From: Hypanus sabinus
Taxonomy: Eukaryota
Direction of reading: 5' to 3'
Length of the DNA: 64,000 bases
Assembly: GCF_030144855.1 (NCBI RefSeq)
Contig: NC_082709.1
Location: 153,760,001-153,824,000 of the forward strand
The notes under the pieces were generated by a model. That model saw only the letters and a list, made by a program, of their open reading frames with translations, was not told where the DNA came from and did no database searches. Within the stretch, counting starts at the first letter, position 1; each line of letters opens with the position of its first letter. A program made the translations under genes and the position numbers. This document shows positions 23,138 through 37,069 of the stretch, one piece after another.

Positions 23138-24097
23138 CACTTTATTTACTGCATGATTCAACAGATTTACTGTATGTTTTAATGTACATCTGACAAATAA
23201 AGCTAACCTTTATCTTAATATTTACGCAATAAATCTTTTCTCAGTGTAAATGCAAACAAAAATAGGTTAGAAGTTTCCCTATTCTGTCTGTAAAATGGTT
23301 CAGATGCTTTTACTCCTGCATCCTGTACAAGATGGTAGATTTTGTGGATATTCCATGTTATTTTTTTTCCAAAGTTTCATTTGTTATGCCAAATTGTACT
23401 TACCTTGTGCCGGATAATATTACCGGTTCTCCTGCCACCAGTTTTCTCACCAATACATTGTCTTGACACAACCAACTACAATCTTTGAAATTGCACCCTT
23501 TTTGCACAGTGCTGGAGAATTAGTGGTCCGATTGCAGTCTCCTGGAGGAATCTATTCTCCCCAGTCAAGAAAATGCTCATTCATCACTGCCATTCTCAAC
23601 CAGACTGTCTGCCAATCAAATAAGTCTTTTAATGTTAGCTTCTTCTGTTTCCTGAATAGATTTGCATTGTGGTACTTTATCAAATGCCTTTGAGTGCCCA
23701 AATGTACAGTATCTACTGCATTACCTTCTTCAAAGAATCGCTTAGATTAGTGCAACACTACCTAGTTGAAATACAAATTAACCCATGGTTCACTAAGTGA
23801 GAGTTAAATCTGTCATAGAGAAAGGCTTCTTTTGGCTTTCCTACCACTGACAAGACTGATTGTGAAAAGTTTTATACTGTTTTTAATAGTTTCAACATCT
23901 GCTATTCTCTGATCCTTTGGAATCAGTTTCATATAGTTGAAGTTCTGCAAGACTGTGGTCACAGCTTCTGTAACCTCCACCCTTACAGTCCTAGGGTCAG
24001 CGAGTTCAGCCTACATCAGTTCATGTTGAATGACGGGAAGCTTTCAAGCCTTGCCTTTCAGTCAAATTTTATCTCATCCAGCATCTTCCGGTCTTCA

Positions 24098-24305
24098 GAA
24101 TCAGAATCAGGTTTAATATCACTGGCATATGTTGTGGAAGTTGCTGTCTTTGTGGCTGTAGTTCAAGGCAATGCATAATAATAGAAAAAATCTGAATTAG
24201 AGTAAATAAATAGATAAATAGTTCAATTAAATAAATAATGCTAAAATAGAAATTAAAAATAGTAGTGAGGTAGTCATAGTTCCGTTGTCCATTCAGAAAT
24301 GTGTG
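24098..24305 (-). mobile_element. Rex1-like LINE 3' tail
   Basis: tcagaatcagaatcaggtttaatatcactggcata; same tail at ~35860 and ~55745. Confidence 0.6.
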
Positions 24306-25289
24306 TTCTCCCCACGCAAGGACCTTAGGCTGCCGACATCGTCCTTCACTTTGACCGGACGTGGGCAGCAGGGATCTCTGACCTCATAGGTACCTCTGAG
24401 ACCTGGAACACGCACAACAGGCACCTCAAGTCACCCCAGAGTTCTCCAGGTTCATCAGAACGATAGATAACCCAATGTGCCGGCATTGCCAGCACTAAAG
24501 CTGTAGTTAATTTTTGCCTTTCTCCTCTCACGTACTGTATGTGTGACAGGATCTCATGTTTCTGTGATAGGGTACTTCTCTAATTGTTTTGTCCTATCAG
24601 ATCAGGCATTGATCAAAATACCGATATCATGATGCCTTCTTATGAAAATACTCTCAGCTTTCAGTGCTTGCAACAGAAAAAAAATGGGTGTAAACATTCT
24701 AAATATTTCATCATAATAAAAATGATGTATCTGTTCAGATTGTGGCTGCAAACTATAGCAGAATATTGGTTATTTAAAGGACACTGTTCTGAATAGGTTC
24801 CATTGACACCAAAGTACACCCTATGTTGGGAATAGTACAGGGTGCCACATTGGGAAGAACATTATAGCAAATTAACCTTTCACAGCTGAATAGCCCTTTA
24901 GTAAGCTATTCAGGCACTAATCTAGTAACATCGGGTTTATTGTTAATGGATTATTATGGTGGGTTGCTAAAGGTAACATAGATTTGATGCTTCCAGAATT
25001 CTTAGATGCTTGTAAAGTTTAGTGGATCAGGAGCTAGAGGAACTTGTGGGATCGGGTGTCTCCTGAACTACTTGAACCTCTCTGAGAAACTGCTGCTTGT
25101 GTAGTCAGTGTCCACGCCGCAGCACGATAGGTTACACAACCAGAGGGCACATCCAGAAGCAGCCCAGAGAGGGACTCAGCTTCTCATCAGGGTGCCTCAC
25201 TCACTGAGTGCTCTTAGAACAACTCCCCTAAATGCCTCCAACAACATCCTCAATTCACTAATTATGTCTTCACTGAACATATTGGAAGA

Positions 25290-25640
25290 AAAGGGCAGAT
25301 GGAATACGGTTTGGGAAATATACAATAATGCATTAATGTACAATAAAGGGAAGAAAAGTACACACTATTATCTAAACGGGGAGGAGATTCAAACATCAGT
25401 GGTGCAGAGGGACTGAGGAGTCAATAGACAATAGACAATAGGTGCAGAATTGGCCTCCACTGCCTTCCAGGGTCCTTCTGCAAGACTCCCAGAAGATCAA
25501 TTTACAGGTTGAATCTGTGGCTTTAAAAAAAAAGGCAAATGCAATTTTGGTATTTATTTCAAGGGGAAATAGAATATAAAAACAAGGAGATAATACTGAA
25601 GCTTTATAAGACACGAGTCAGGCCACACTTGTCAACAGTG
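25290..25640 (+). mobile_element. CR1 RT fragment
   Basis: YYLNGEEIQTSVVQRD; LYKTRVRPHL. Confidence 0.65.
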
Positions 25641-26884
25641 AGCAGTGAACTAACTAAATGACAAGTACCTTGGGAGCAAGAGCAAAAGTAACAAGTTGAC
25701 GTAGCAAAAGGGAGGCTATGAGCCAGCTCCTTCAGTGATGGGATGTTGATGGGAGGAGATCTTTTGCCAGTTCGTGTCTCCTCTATACTGATAAGCACTG
25801 CCAAAGACTTCTTTTACCACAGTTTTGCACATTACTTTCCCTCAAATGCTGACAGATTGCATTCACCTGGCTACATAGAATAGTAAGACAACACAAAGTA
25901 AACAGTTCAAACTAAGATAGCCGTACAACATGCAAATATATTCCAAAGATCAATTGTTCTGGGTTCCCTTAGATTTGGCTTTGTCAGTTCAGTGCCCCTG
26001 CAACAATGTTGATTCAAGCTTTGATGTGCATTGCAGTTGGCAGCAAATGGTCCATGTAGGATGAAGTTGAGCTGCTTTGAGCCTAGTTGGCACTGCCCGC
26101 TCTGACCATGTTCTGGGCATTGTTGACTGGGTACTGCTAAACAGGAAGGATGCCCTCTCTTGAGAGGACAACAGATTCACGTTCCACAAAGCATTGTCAA
26201 TTCTCCAGGGTGACCCCCTCTACAGTTTTGATAACCTGTTGGGAGACAGATTGCAAGACGACTGAGACAATCTCCAAACCCTTCTCAGCAATCTTTCTGC
26301 AAGCCAGGGCCCTGAGTTTAGACTGAAGTGTACAAGTATGGATAGCTTCTGCTTTCTTCTGTTATGGAAGGTGAGATGTAGTCCATCAGAAAATATCTTT
26401 AACACGACAAAAGCATCTCAAAGAAGCAGTCGAGGGAATTATTAAATGAAAGGTTATTGCTAAGCCTTAGGATACTAGGGCAGTTTACCAAAAGCTCGGT
26501 CAAAGAATATGGTTTTGAAAAGCATCTCAGAGGAAGAAAGCAAAACAAAAACAGAGGATTTAGGAAGGGAATTCCACTATTTACAGTCTTGGCTAGTAAC
26601 TCAAAATTTAAAGTCTCACCGGTGACCACTTCTGGCCATTTGGTGGAGATGCCTCAAAAGATTTTGTGTCGGAGAAAATGGTGGAGGAAGGGAGGGACTG
26701 ACTTCTGGGTATAAACTGCATTGTGGCTATTTCCATAAATACATCAGTAAAGTTAGCCTCAGGAAAGACAGCATTCAAGCTCCTTAAATCTGTACTAGTG
26801 GATTCTACTCCACATCTTATGTGATTGCGCTCAATTTACAGTGGTCCTTCCTATCAATGTGATGAACTTTCCATGGCATGAATT

Positions 26885-27465
26885 TCAAAATAAATTAATT
26901 ATCAAAGTACTTATATGCCACCATAGACAACCCTGAGAGTCCCTTTCTTGCAGGCATTCACAGTAGTTACAAAGAAACATAAGAGAATCAATGTAAAACC
27001 ACACACAACAAAGATGGACAAAAATGTACAGAAGACAATAAACTTTGCAAATACAACAGAGAAAAATAATAATAATCAATAAATAAGCAATAACTACTGA
27101 GAATATGAGCTGCAGAGTCTTTAAGAGTGAGTCAATAGATTCTGGAATCAGTTCAGTGATGGGGTGAGAGAAGTTATCCCCTCTGGGTTCAAGAGCCTTA
27201 TGGGAGAGGGGTACATGAACATGGTGGTGTGGGACTTGAGGCTCCTGTATCTCCCAGCAGCAATGAGAAAAAAGCATGATCCGGAAGGTAGGGTTCCTTG
27301 ATGATGAATGCTGTTTTTCTGCCAGCACAGCACTCTTTGTAAATGTGCTCAATGGTGGGGAAGGTTTTACCTGTGATGGACTGGCTGTAGGTTTTTCCAT
27401 TCAAGGGCATTGGTGTTCCTATACCAGGCCATGATGCATCCAGTTATATACTCTCCACCACGCAA
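26885..27465 (-). mobile_element. Rex1-like LINE 3' fragment
   Basis: Minus frames HHQGTLPSGSCFFLIAAGRYRSLKSHTT and SITGKTFPTIEHIYKECC. Confidence 0.7.
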
Positions 27466-27499
27466 TTATTGAAACTATTACATGGGACAAAATAAATCT

Positions 27500-28530
27500 T
27501 CATTTGGGCCAACAGATTAAACAGCCAGCATGAAATTGCTAAAGGAAGGTCACATTTGACAGACCTAATCGACTTACTTGAGATGGTGACAATGAACATT
27601 GTTGAAAGTAATCTGTTTGAAATCTAACTGGGCTTCTGACAAGATGCAACTGGCAGGCTGGTCACGAAAATCATGGAATTTAATGGAGAATGGCAAACTG
27701 CATTTGAATTTAGAGAGCTGACAGGAAGCAAGTGGAAACAAGAAGTGATAATAAATGGTGATAAAGAAGGAGTATGGTGTGTTTGCCTTTATTAGTTAGG
27801 GCATGCATGTAATGGTAGGATGGACTATCACTGAGGTTTCAGAAGGCCTGTGTGGCGGCTGCAATTACCAGCCACACTATCAGCCGGGCATGTTAAAGTG
27901 GCCTGTAGCCGACCATCCTCCTGATAATCTAGCAAACGACCGAGCTGTTGCTTTCCACCAGCCTGAGTGGATGGGGCTGGATAATTAGTTTGTGCCATTC
28001 CACTACAGTCAGAGGGGTGTTCTCTGGAGCTGCTTCATTTATGCCATATCTTTTTAAGGAGAGGAGTGTTTTCTCTCCCCTGCAATTTACTATGGACTGG
28101 CCAGCACGGAATATAAACCTGCAGTCAAGAGCTGAGTGAGATTCAAGTTTGGACATTAGAGCAGTTCTGTTGAGTTTGTAAATATTTTGGGTAAATAAAG
28201 CCCCTATTTTTTTCACCTTTACCTGCTCTCCTAGTTTTATGTTTACCCTGGTCCTTCATAGCCTGTTACTTGGTTCCCTTGCTTTTCTGTAATAAGTAGA
28301 TCAGTAGTTAAATTAATTATAACGACCTTAGGAAGATGTAACACGATAAACAGAAGGATAATGAGGTGTGTGGAAGTCCAAAATGACCTAGCATTGGATG
28401 TTGATAAAGCCAGGTGGATAGTGTGTTTAAATGTCACATGGGATGCTTACCTTCCTTTGCTGAGGCATAAACCCTAAGAGTCAGGAAGAGATGCTGGAAA
28501 TGGAAAGAACATTAGTTCGGCCACTGTTTG
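27500..28530 (+). mobile_element. Degenerate CR1 fragments (~27500-27790 and ~28300-28530)
   Basis: Eroded RT-like stretches (gaaggtcacatttgacagacctaatcgac; atgcttaccttcctttgctgaggcataa). Confidence 0.4.
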
Positions 28531-29184
28531 GGGAGTGTTAACTCCTGGCCTTCACTTGGGGCTCAGCTACTAGGCCTGGTAGAGCCGTTTCTACTGACAG
28601 GAGAAGGGACAAAGGCAGGTTACTGGCACCTTAAAACCAGTCTTTGGATAAGTGGGGCTCGTCGGCACTTCATCTGGGAGGGGAAAAACTCTGATCTGAA
28701 ACTGCTGCTGCCTTGCGGCTACTCATGGGAAAGGCTTTGGGAGTAAACTCTGAGGAAAAGTCCAGGACTGGAGTCCAACATTGAGTTCGATGCTGACTGG
28801 CAACTCCTGCGATGTTGCTGGTGCCAAACTGTATTGGCCTCTGGGCTCCCTTTGGATTTGCATGGAGAGCGGGAGCCTACTGCATGGGCAACAGTTTGCT
28901 CTTCACATTGTACAGCCCTGGCTTGTGTATCGTGTAGACAGCTAGGAAGCAACATCCATGATCCACTGGGTGGCCTAATGAATTAAACATGGGTATCCTG
29001 AACAATGGCAGAAGTAACAAAAAATCAAAAATTGTATGCATTGTAATGACCACTTAAATGACCACTCCTAATTTTGTAATTATGTCAACTGGTTTGAGAT
29101 TCTCCCACCAGTGGAAACATCGAAACATCTGTCCTGTCGTGCTCCCTAAGTATTTTATAAGTTTCCACAAGATCATAAGACCAT

Positions 29185-29930
29185 ATGACATAGGAGCAGA
29201 ATTAGACCATTTGGCCCATTAATTCTGTTCCACCATTTCATCATGGCTGACCCATTTTTCCTCTCAGCACCAGTCTCCTACCTTCTCCCCTCATTCTTCT
29301 AATCTGTGGAGAATTTGGATCTAATTTCTTCAGCTGCTCCTGACAGAGCAACCCTCACATCCTGGGAATGTGCCTAGTGAATCTCAATTGCAATGTCTTC
29401 AATAGTTTCTTATGAAAGGAGAACCAAAGCTGCGTACTGTGCTCGGAATTAAGCTTTGGTTAAGTCACAGTTGGAGTGTAGGGTGTAGTTCTGGTTGCCA
29501 CAGGAAGCGTGGTTACGTAGGAGGTGTTTGTCAGGATGCTGCCTGGTTTAGAGAATATCAACAACAATAAGAAGTTGGACAAACGTGGGTTGTTTTCTCT
29601 GGGAGTTAGAGACAGAGTGAAGAGCTGATGTCAGTAAATAAAATTAGCAAGGCATCGAAAGGGTGCATAATCTTTTTTCCTAGATGGAAATGTCAAATTT
29701 TAGAAGGTGTAGCTTTAGTGGGGAGAAGGGGAAAGTTTAAAAGAGATTAAGTTTTTTTTTACAAGAGAGAGGTAGATGTCTGGAACTTGCACCCAGAGGA
29801 GATGGTGGAAGCAGAAACATTAGCAACAGACATGTGAAGAGGGAGGGAATTTGGGGTGATAATCTAGGCAGATGTGCAGTTTAAATTGGCACAAGGTCAG
29901 CATCACAATCGTAGTTCTATGTTCCCTGTT
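29185..29930. mobile_element. Two abutting CR1 3' fragments (minus ~29185-29430, plus ~29440-29930)
   Basis: ataagaccatatgacataggagcagaattagacc (minus tail); aggatgctgcctggtttagag...ttctatgttccctgtt (plus tail). Confidence 0.6.
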
Positions 29931-31294
29931 ACTTGTTCCATGTTCAAATAAAGTATTCCCCCAAGCAGCATGGTCAAAAACAAAGCGGAATAAATTTAAA
30001 GAAATTGATAGAAGTATTGGAGGGGACTAAGGAAGACTTTCTACCAGCAATGGAAGGTGTCGAGGAGCTAGGTGGCAAACCCAGGAAAGTGATATTAAAT
30101 GTCACTTTTTTTGACTGCACAGGTGTGATAGGCAGAATATTCTCCCTTTGCTTTTGAGGATATTTTTCTGAGTCTCTGAAACATTGTGCAGCTGATGTGT
30201 TGTTTTAAAGTCTACGTGAATTGAAAGTGTAAACAAATGGATGACTCTGCTTCGAAGGTGTGGGTAGATATAGCTTCCGGGTCACGCTGCCTCCTCAATG
30301 TGCACCTGCCCCTGTACTGTCTTCTGCTGGTGCTAACGCTGTGCTCTGCTAGTCTTGGTTTTTGTAAATGGTTTTAAGCTCATAAGTACTAAGACGGACT
30401 TCTGCTGAAGGACTGACAGGTACATTTAAAGGAATGATTGCTGGCTATTTTATAACTGTAAACTGAAATTATTAAATTGTGGTGTATTTGGTTATTTCAG
30501 AGTGGTTTCTGAACAGCAAGGCATGCTACGCAGTTGTAAAAGTTCCTTTGAAACTTTTTACATTGATACAAAATACGTATGTTGTGCTATCAGTGTGCAA
30601 ATATGATAAAATGAGAACAGAATAATGTTTTGAAAGAGGAAATACAATGATCAGTTAACAAGAAACAACGCTACGGATGTTTTCAGAAAATGTAGGTTTT
30701 CATAAAAACTTCTATCCAACTCAACAAAAATATTCATCTGTCACCTACTGATTTCAAAATGTATTCACGAATGAGATACAAGTTGATGTATTCCTTCACA
30801 ATTGTTTTGAGGATTTAAATAGAGTTAGTAGGTGGTAGTTAGTAACTGCAGAGTATTTTTGTCGAACTAAAGGCAGTGTAACAGCTAAAACATCTTGTGA
30901 ACAGCAATATCAGTCATTTCAGGTAAGCACAAAACGTTGCTTATTTTAATCGACAGATACGTATTCTTTTTGGTTAACAGTGCCATCAAGATTTGAAAAT
31001 TATTGAAATTTATGCCAATGCAGTGGATTGCTTTTATTTTGAACGTGTATCATGTACTTTTTGATTGATTGAAGCTTTATCACAAAAGCTGGATATCTAG
31101 AATATCCAAAATTTATTTTGCTCAAATAAATTCAGAATTACCCAGATATAATTTATTCATCTACAAATGTTCTACTAATATTACAACTACATTGGGACTA
31201 GTCTTGTTTACTAACCACTGAAATATGAAGTCAGCTTGTCATCCATTTTGTTGAATTGGTGTTATTGCATGAATACGAGGAGTAATTTATAACA

Positions 31295-31745
31295 ATGAAC
31301 AGTACATCACAGGAACAGACCCTTTGGCCTACAATCTCTGTCCCAACCATGATCACAATAAGTTAATCCATCTGCTGAAACAAGGTCCACATCCCTCTTT
31401 TGCTTGTTCATGCGCCTGGCTAAAGGCTTCTTAAACATTGTTATCATATCTGCTTTTCCCACTTGCCATGACAGCTCATTCCAGGTACTTACTACTCTCT
31501 ATAAAAAAAGTTTACCGTATAAATCTCCTTTAAACTTTCTCCTTCTCGCCTTAAATTTATATCCTCTAGTATTTGACATTTCCATCCTGGGAAAAAGACT
31601 TTCTATAGCTCTCACAGTTTTATCTACCCTTATCAGTCATCTCAGCCTCTGACACTCCAACAAAGATGATCCAATTGTGTCCTTTATCAGGTCTCCCTTC
31701 AACTTCTGCCATCCCAGCAAAAATGATCCAAGTTTGTCCACCCTC
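31295..31745 (-). mobile_element. CR1 3' end fragment
   Basis: cacaggaacagaccctttggcctacaatctctg; catcctgggaaaaagact. Confidence 0.6.
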
Positions 31746-32295
31746 AATTTAATTGAAGAATACTGGGGGAATAAAAATAGGAACATACATTTACTGATTA
31801 GTTGAAACAAATGTAATGAGATGCACTGTCTGTGTGCGCGTATTCATAAATAGCATTTATATAGTTCCTTTAACGTTGTAAACCATCACAATTCATTTCG
31901 CACATTGTAATCAAACAATTTTTAACTGCATAGGAAGTATGAAGACAGAATGAGGCTGGAAAGAGCTGTTTAAGCAGGATATTCAAAGCCCAACTTCAGT
32001 GGAGCAATTAAAATCAGGCCGTTTGTGGGACCTGGAACAGTTTAGAGAGGTAGGGAGGGACAAAGCTATGCAGAGGTTTGAAAACTTTAAAATAGAATTA
32101 TTATTTAACTCAAAGCCATTTGAACCAACTGAGAGTCAGCAGGCACAGGGTGATTGGCGAATAGGCCTTTGTACAAGTTAGAAGGTCACAGATTTACCAG
32201 GCTCTCACAAAGGAAAGATGAATGAATCACTATCAGGAGGCAACAAAGCTATCAAAAAAGGATTTGGCATCTCTTGAGCTCAGCCAGTGATAAGA

Positions 32296-33075
32296 CCATA
32301 AGACATAGGAGCTGAATTAAGCCATTCAGCCCACTGAGTCTGTTCCGCTATTCAATCATTGCTAAAGAAGTTTTTCCATATCTCTGTTTTAAATGGACGC
32401 TCCTCTATCCTGAGATTGTGCCCTCTTGTCTTAGACTCCACCACCATGGGAAACATCCTTTCCACATCCACTCTGTCTAGGGCTTTCAACATTTGAAGAT
32501 TTCAGTGAGATCCCCCTTTATCTTTCTAAATTCCGCGAATACAGGCCCAGAGCCATCAAACATTCCTCATATGATAACCCTTTCATTCCCAGATTCATCC
32601 TGGTGAACCTCCTCTGAATCCTCTCCATTTCCAGCACATCTTTCCTTAGATGAGGAGCCCAAAACTGTTCACAAGATGAGGCCTCGCCAGTGCCTTATAA
32701 AGCCTCAGCAACACATCCCTGCTCTTATATTTTAGACCTCTTGAAATGAATGCTAACATTGCATTTGCCTTCCTCACCACCAACTCAACCTGCAAATTAA
32801 CCTTTAGTGTGTTCTGCACAAGGACTCCCAAGTCCTTTTGCATTTCAGAATTTTGGATTTCCTCCCCGTTTATAAAATAGTCAGCATATCCATTTCTTCT
32901 ACCAAAGTGCATGACCATGCATTTTCCAACATTGTATTTTATTTGCCACTCTGTTGCCCATTCTCCGAATCTGTCTAAGTCCTTCTGCATCCTACCTGTT
33001 CCCTCAACACCACCTGCCCCTCCACAAATCTTCGTATCATCTACAAACTTGGCAACAAAGCCATATTTTCCATCA
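32296..33075 (-). mobile_element. CR1 RT C-terminal part + tail
   Basis: ORF 32646-33287: VAKFVDDTKICG, QKDLDRFGEWA, LRLYKALARPHL. Confidence 0.85.
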
Positions 33076-33385
33076 TCTAAATCATTGGTATACACAACAG
33101 AGATGGGCGAGGTTAAAGAGGTGGGCACTGGAGGACTTGTTGATGGTACCGATATAGCCAGCCCCCCTCCAGAGTAAGCATCTGTTTCTGCATCAGGCCA
33201 CTGCCTGAGGAAGGAATGAATGTCATGAGCTGTGCTAGACTTCCAGATACATTGCAAACGACAGGATTCAATTAAAAATGGACACATTCTAACCGAGAGA
33301 GTTTAGTAATCACGTTGACTGGGTGATACTGGAGAAAGAGTAAGCAAAGGCGAAAATTAAACAAGAAAGATGAAGGAATGTAAAT

Positions 33386-33571
33386 GACCGCAGCTGTCCC
33401 TGTGATACTTGTCACAATCACTTTTTGATGTAATTTCTGACTTTGTCAGTGCTGTTTTGTTATGGAGGCATAAGAATTGAACTGAAAGAGGGGCAGCCTA
33501 GTGAATCGAGAAGGAAGTTGCAATGAGTGGAAGTGTGGAGCTACAGTTTCTCTGCCCTCTGAAGTGAAACT
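33386..33571 (+). promoter_or_regulatory. Candidate lymphoid enhancer (RUNX, E-box, ETS, IRF-like motifs)
   Basis: GACCGCA 33386-33392 overlapping CAGCTG 33391-33396; AGGAAGT 33512-33518; GGAAGTGTGG 33529-33538; GAAGTGAAACT 33561-33571; all in non-repeat DNA. Confidence 0.3.
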
Positions 33572-35289
33572 AATCACCTATTTTAATTGCAGTAAAATGG
33601 AACATTCGAGATTTTGCTCATTAAGAGCCAATGGTAGTTAACTACCTATTGCCAGATTAGCTCTAACATTCCCAAGAATAATTTCAAAATATCTTGTTTT
33701 TGTCCTAGCCTTTGATTTCTCCCTCTGGCAGTAAAAAGAAGTCACCTCAAGATTTTTTTTGCACACATTCCATGCGTATACTTTGAATAGACCTGAGCTG
33801 GGGACTTGCTGAGTGGGTTTTAATCAGTTCACACTTATGGTGAAGCACTGTGGAATTCGTAGCCTCTGGTTCCTAGAAATTTATCCTTAATAGGTTACTG
33901 ACAGAGTTCCAGCTCGGAGCTGTTACTGTACTTGATTTGTGCAGTTGAATTCATTCCAATCTTGTCACAAAAGGCAGTGCTGCACACATTAACACCAAGA
34001 GAGCAACATACAACTTTAGATTCAGTATGATAAAGAAAACCTATTGCTATAAGCTGGTCACATGCTCTGCAGTCTACTTGAAATTATATTAATCATACTA
34101 GAGTAAAATTGTTGGCTGTGTAGCTCAGATCCATAACTAAGAATAAATCAATCTGCCAGGCCATAATCTCAGTTGTATACATTGATCCAGGATGGTCTCT
34201 GCAAACAAATTTGTTTTGCTGTGATAATTAGAAAGGAAATACGTTCTGCTCCATAGCATCTACTTTTCAACAAATATGTTTTGCCTAAAAGCCTGTTGTG
34301 TTGTTTCTAAGAGTGAATTCTCCTTTTATCTTTTTTAATTACCTAAAAATATTTTTAAAATGGGGTAAACTCCCCTGTTGAATGTATTCGATTGAAAAAT
34401 CTCAATCATGAACATCATTGTCAAACTCACATAAATATAGTCTATATCACTAATTGAAGAGCATTTTACTGACGTGAAAGAATGAGAAGAAATGGAAACA
34501 AATTCATTTTATTAGCTTTTCTGTGCTGTGTGGTGTTCACCACTGCTGGATTCAATTAAAATGGAGAATCAGACATGATCTAAAAGAAATTGTGTCCATT
34601 ATAGTTGGCCAGCTCCAGCAGTTTGCACTGTAGAAACCAGATAAGTGGAATGGTTGCTCTGCAAACTAGGTGGGTGCCTCAGCCTGTCAGCCAGCTCTGC
34701 ACTTGGATGACAGATGAAACTGTGATAAGGTGCAGAGCGGCATTATTACACAGGAAATCTACATGCTTAGAGGTAGCTTCACCGCAGCTAAGTTGCTTTT
34801 CAAACATCTTTTAAACCACACTGAAAACATACTGCAAAGAGCAAGAAATGTGTTATGCTACACAGAAGGCAGGAGTTCACACAATTTTTAAGCAACTTTG
34901 TACTATGCTTAAGCAAAATTCAGATGGAATAAAAGGCATAATTAAGAATGAAATATTGAAGTGATTAAGTTCCATAAAGTTTGGCAATTAGTAGTTTGTC
35001 TAATACTAATATTTGATAACAGAACTCTCCTAAAAACATGCAGTTGGCCACTGTAAATTGTCACCAGGAGGGAGGTAGAACCTAGGGGAGACTAAATGAA
35101 AATATGGGGAGAATAAAAGAAAATTAATGGCATCAGGAAGCTGAATGGCCATTTCAATACTCTAAGTTCCAATGATTCTATGAGTGACTTTAGGAAAAGC
35201 TTGGTTAAGCTCAGGTCACCTGAAGGAAGGAATTGAGCTGCAAAATTAATAAAATGATGTGTTGGAGATTGACCAGCTAGGTGAAATTG

Positions 35290-35860
35290 AACTTGAACTA
35301 GCAGCGTAAAGGAACAGTGGGAGCTTGGGGTTGACATCCAAGCTACCATGCAAGTTGATAGGGTAGTTAAGAAGTTAGTTTTCATTAGTTGGGGGAGGGA
35401 ATTGAGATCAAGAGCGGCAAAGTAATGTTGCAGCTCTATAAAACTCCAGTTAGAGCACACTTGAAGTATTGTGTTCATTTCTGGCTGCCTCATTATAGGA
35501 AGGATGTGGAAGCTCCAGAGAGGGTGCAGGGGAGATTACCAGGAAGCTGTCTGGATTAGAGGACACATCTTATGAGGAAAGGTTGAGCATCCCTGAGCTT
35601 TTCTCTTTAGAGCGAAGGAGGATGAGAAGCAACTTGATCAAGGTGTATAAAATTATAGGAGGTTCAGAGAGAGTGAAGAGCCATCGTCTTTTTCCCAGTG
35701 TGGCAGTGACTAATACTAGAGGACATCAGCTTAAAGTGAGTGGAAGAAAATTCAGGGGAGTGGTAGGAGGTAATTCTTTTATATGTCAGAGAGTGGTATG
35801 TGCCTGGCAAGGATGTTGGTAAAGAGCAGATACAGGTAAGAGGGGAAGGGTTAGATTCGG
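35290..35860 (+). mobile_element. CR1 3' fragment
   Basis: LSIPELFSLERRRMRSNLIKVYKII. Confidence 0.75.
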
Positions 35861-36615
35861 AATCAGAATCAAGTTGAATATCACCAGCATACGTTGTGAA
35901 AATTGTTTCCTTGCTGCAGCATCACATTGCAATACCTAGTGATAAAAACTAAAAATTACATGTATATATAAAAAAATGTTAAATAAGTAGTGCAAAAAGA
36001 GAGGGAAAATACTGAGGTGCATGAGCTCATTGTCTATTCAGAAATCTGATGGCGGAGGGGAAGAATCTGTTCCTGAAACACTGAGTGTGTGTTTTTAGGC
36101 CTCTGTACCTCCGCCTTGACAAAATTAACGAGAACAGGGCGTGTCCTGCGCGATGGGCTTTCTTAACGGTGGATGCTGCTTTTCTGAGGCGTCGACTTTT
36201 GAAGTCATCCTGGATGCAGGGAAGATAGTGTCCATGATGGAGTTGGTTTAATTTACAACTTTCTGCAACTTTTCCCAATCCTGTACAGTAGCTCTTCCAT
36301 ATCAAACAGAATGCTCTCCGTGGTACATCTATAGATATTTGCAAGTGTCTTTGGTGACTTACCAAATCTCCTCAAACTCTAATTAAGTATAGCCACTGTC
36401 ATGTCTTCTTTGTAATTGCATCAATATGTTGGGTCCAGGATAGATCCTCAGAGATTCTGACACCCACGATCTTGAAACTGTTCACCCTTTCCACTTCTGA
36501 TTACTCAATGAGTTCTGGTGTGTGTTCTTTCAACTTCCCCTTAGTTGACTCCCCTTACTGACATTGAGTGCCAGGTTGTTGCTGCTACACCACTCAACCA
36601 GCTGATCTATCTCAC
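35860..36615 (-). mobile_element. Rex1-like LINE 3' fragment
   Basis: SRRRYRGLKTHTQCFRNRFFPSAIRFLN; tail gaatcagaatc. Confidence 0.75.
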
Positions 36616-37069
36616 AGTGTGGGTTCAGGTCAGCACAAAATTGTGGGCCGATGGGTTCATTACTGATCTATGTTCTATGAGAAAGGGTAGGAGTTTTAGA
36701 GAGTGGCTGATGAGTTTCTGTTTAGGAGGAATAGTTCTGGAGTATTGGTGGTGTATGAGCAATGTATATTAGAAAGGCTGACAGGTTAAGTAAATAAGCT
36801 GTCACACTTTTGTGAAGGGGGGATTTGAGGAGATAAAATTAAAGGATGTGGGGAAGGAGGAGAGAGAAGGAAGATAGAAACAGAGGAGCGGCAATATTAC
36901 GGAAGATTAGGTGACGTAATCACTCACACATGAATTTTCATTTTAGAGGTGAACTTCATGGTTACACCAGTGGTGACCTTTAATTTGAGTGTGGATATGA
37001 GGCAGGTAATTCACAGAGATTGTGAGATATCTGAGACAGTGATGATATTTGAGGTCAGAGAGTTCAAAA

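Noticed and set aside
26338-26370. MDSFCFLLLWK|gtgaga as leader exon
   Set aside because: Phase 0 donor is incompatible with the phase-1 acceptor of exon 2, and it is too short
26885-27400. 171-aa ORF with hydrophobic C-terminus
   Set aside because: Off-frame reading of a Rex1-like 3' end and AT-rich UTR
30385-30420. ACAG|gtacat donor as CD247 exon 1 end
   Set aside because: The required frame hits TAA upstream with no ATG
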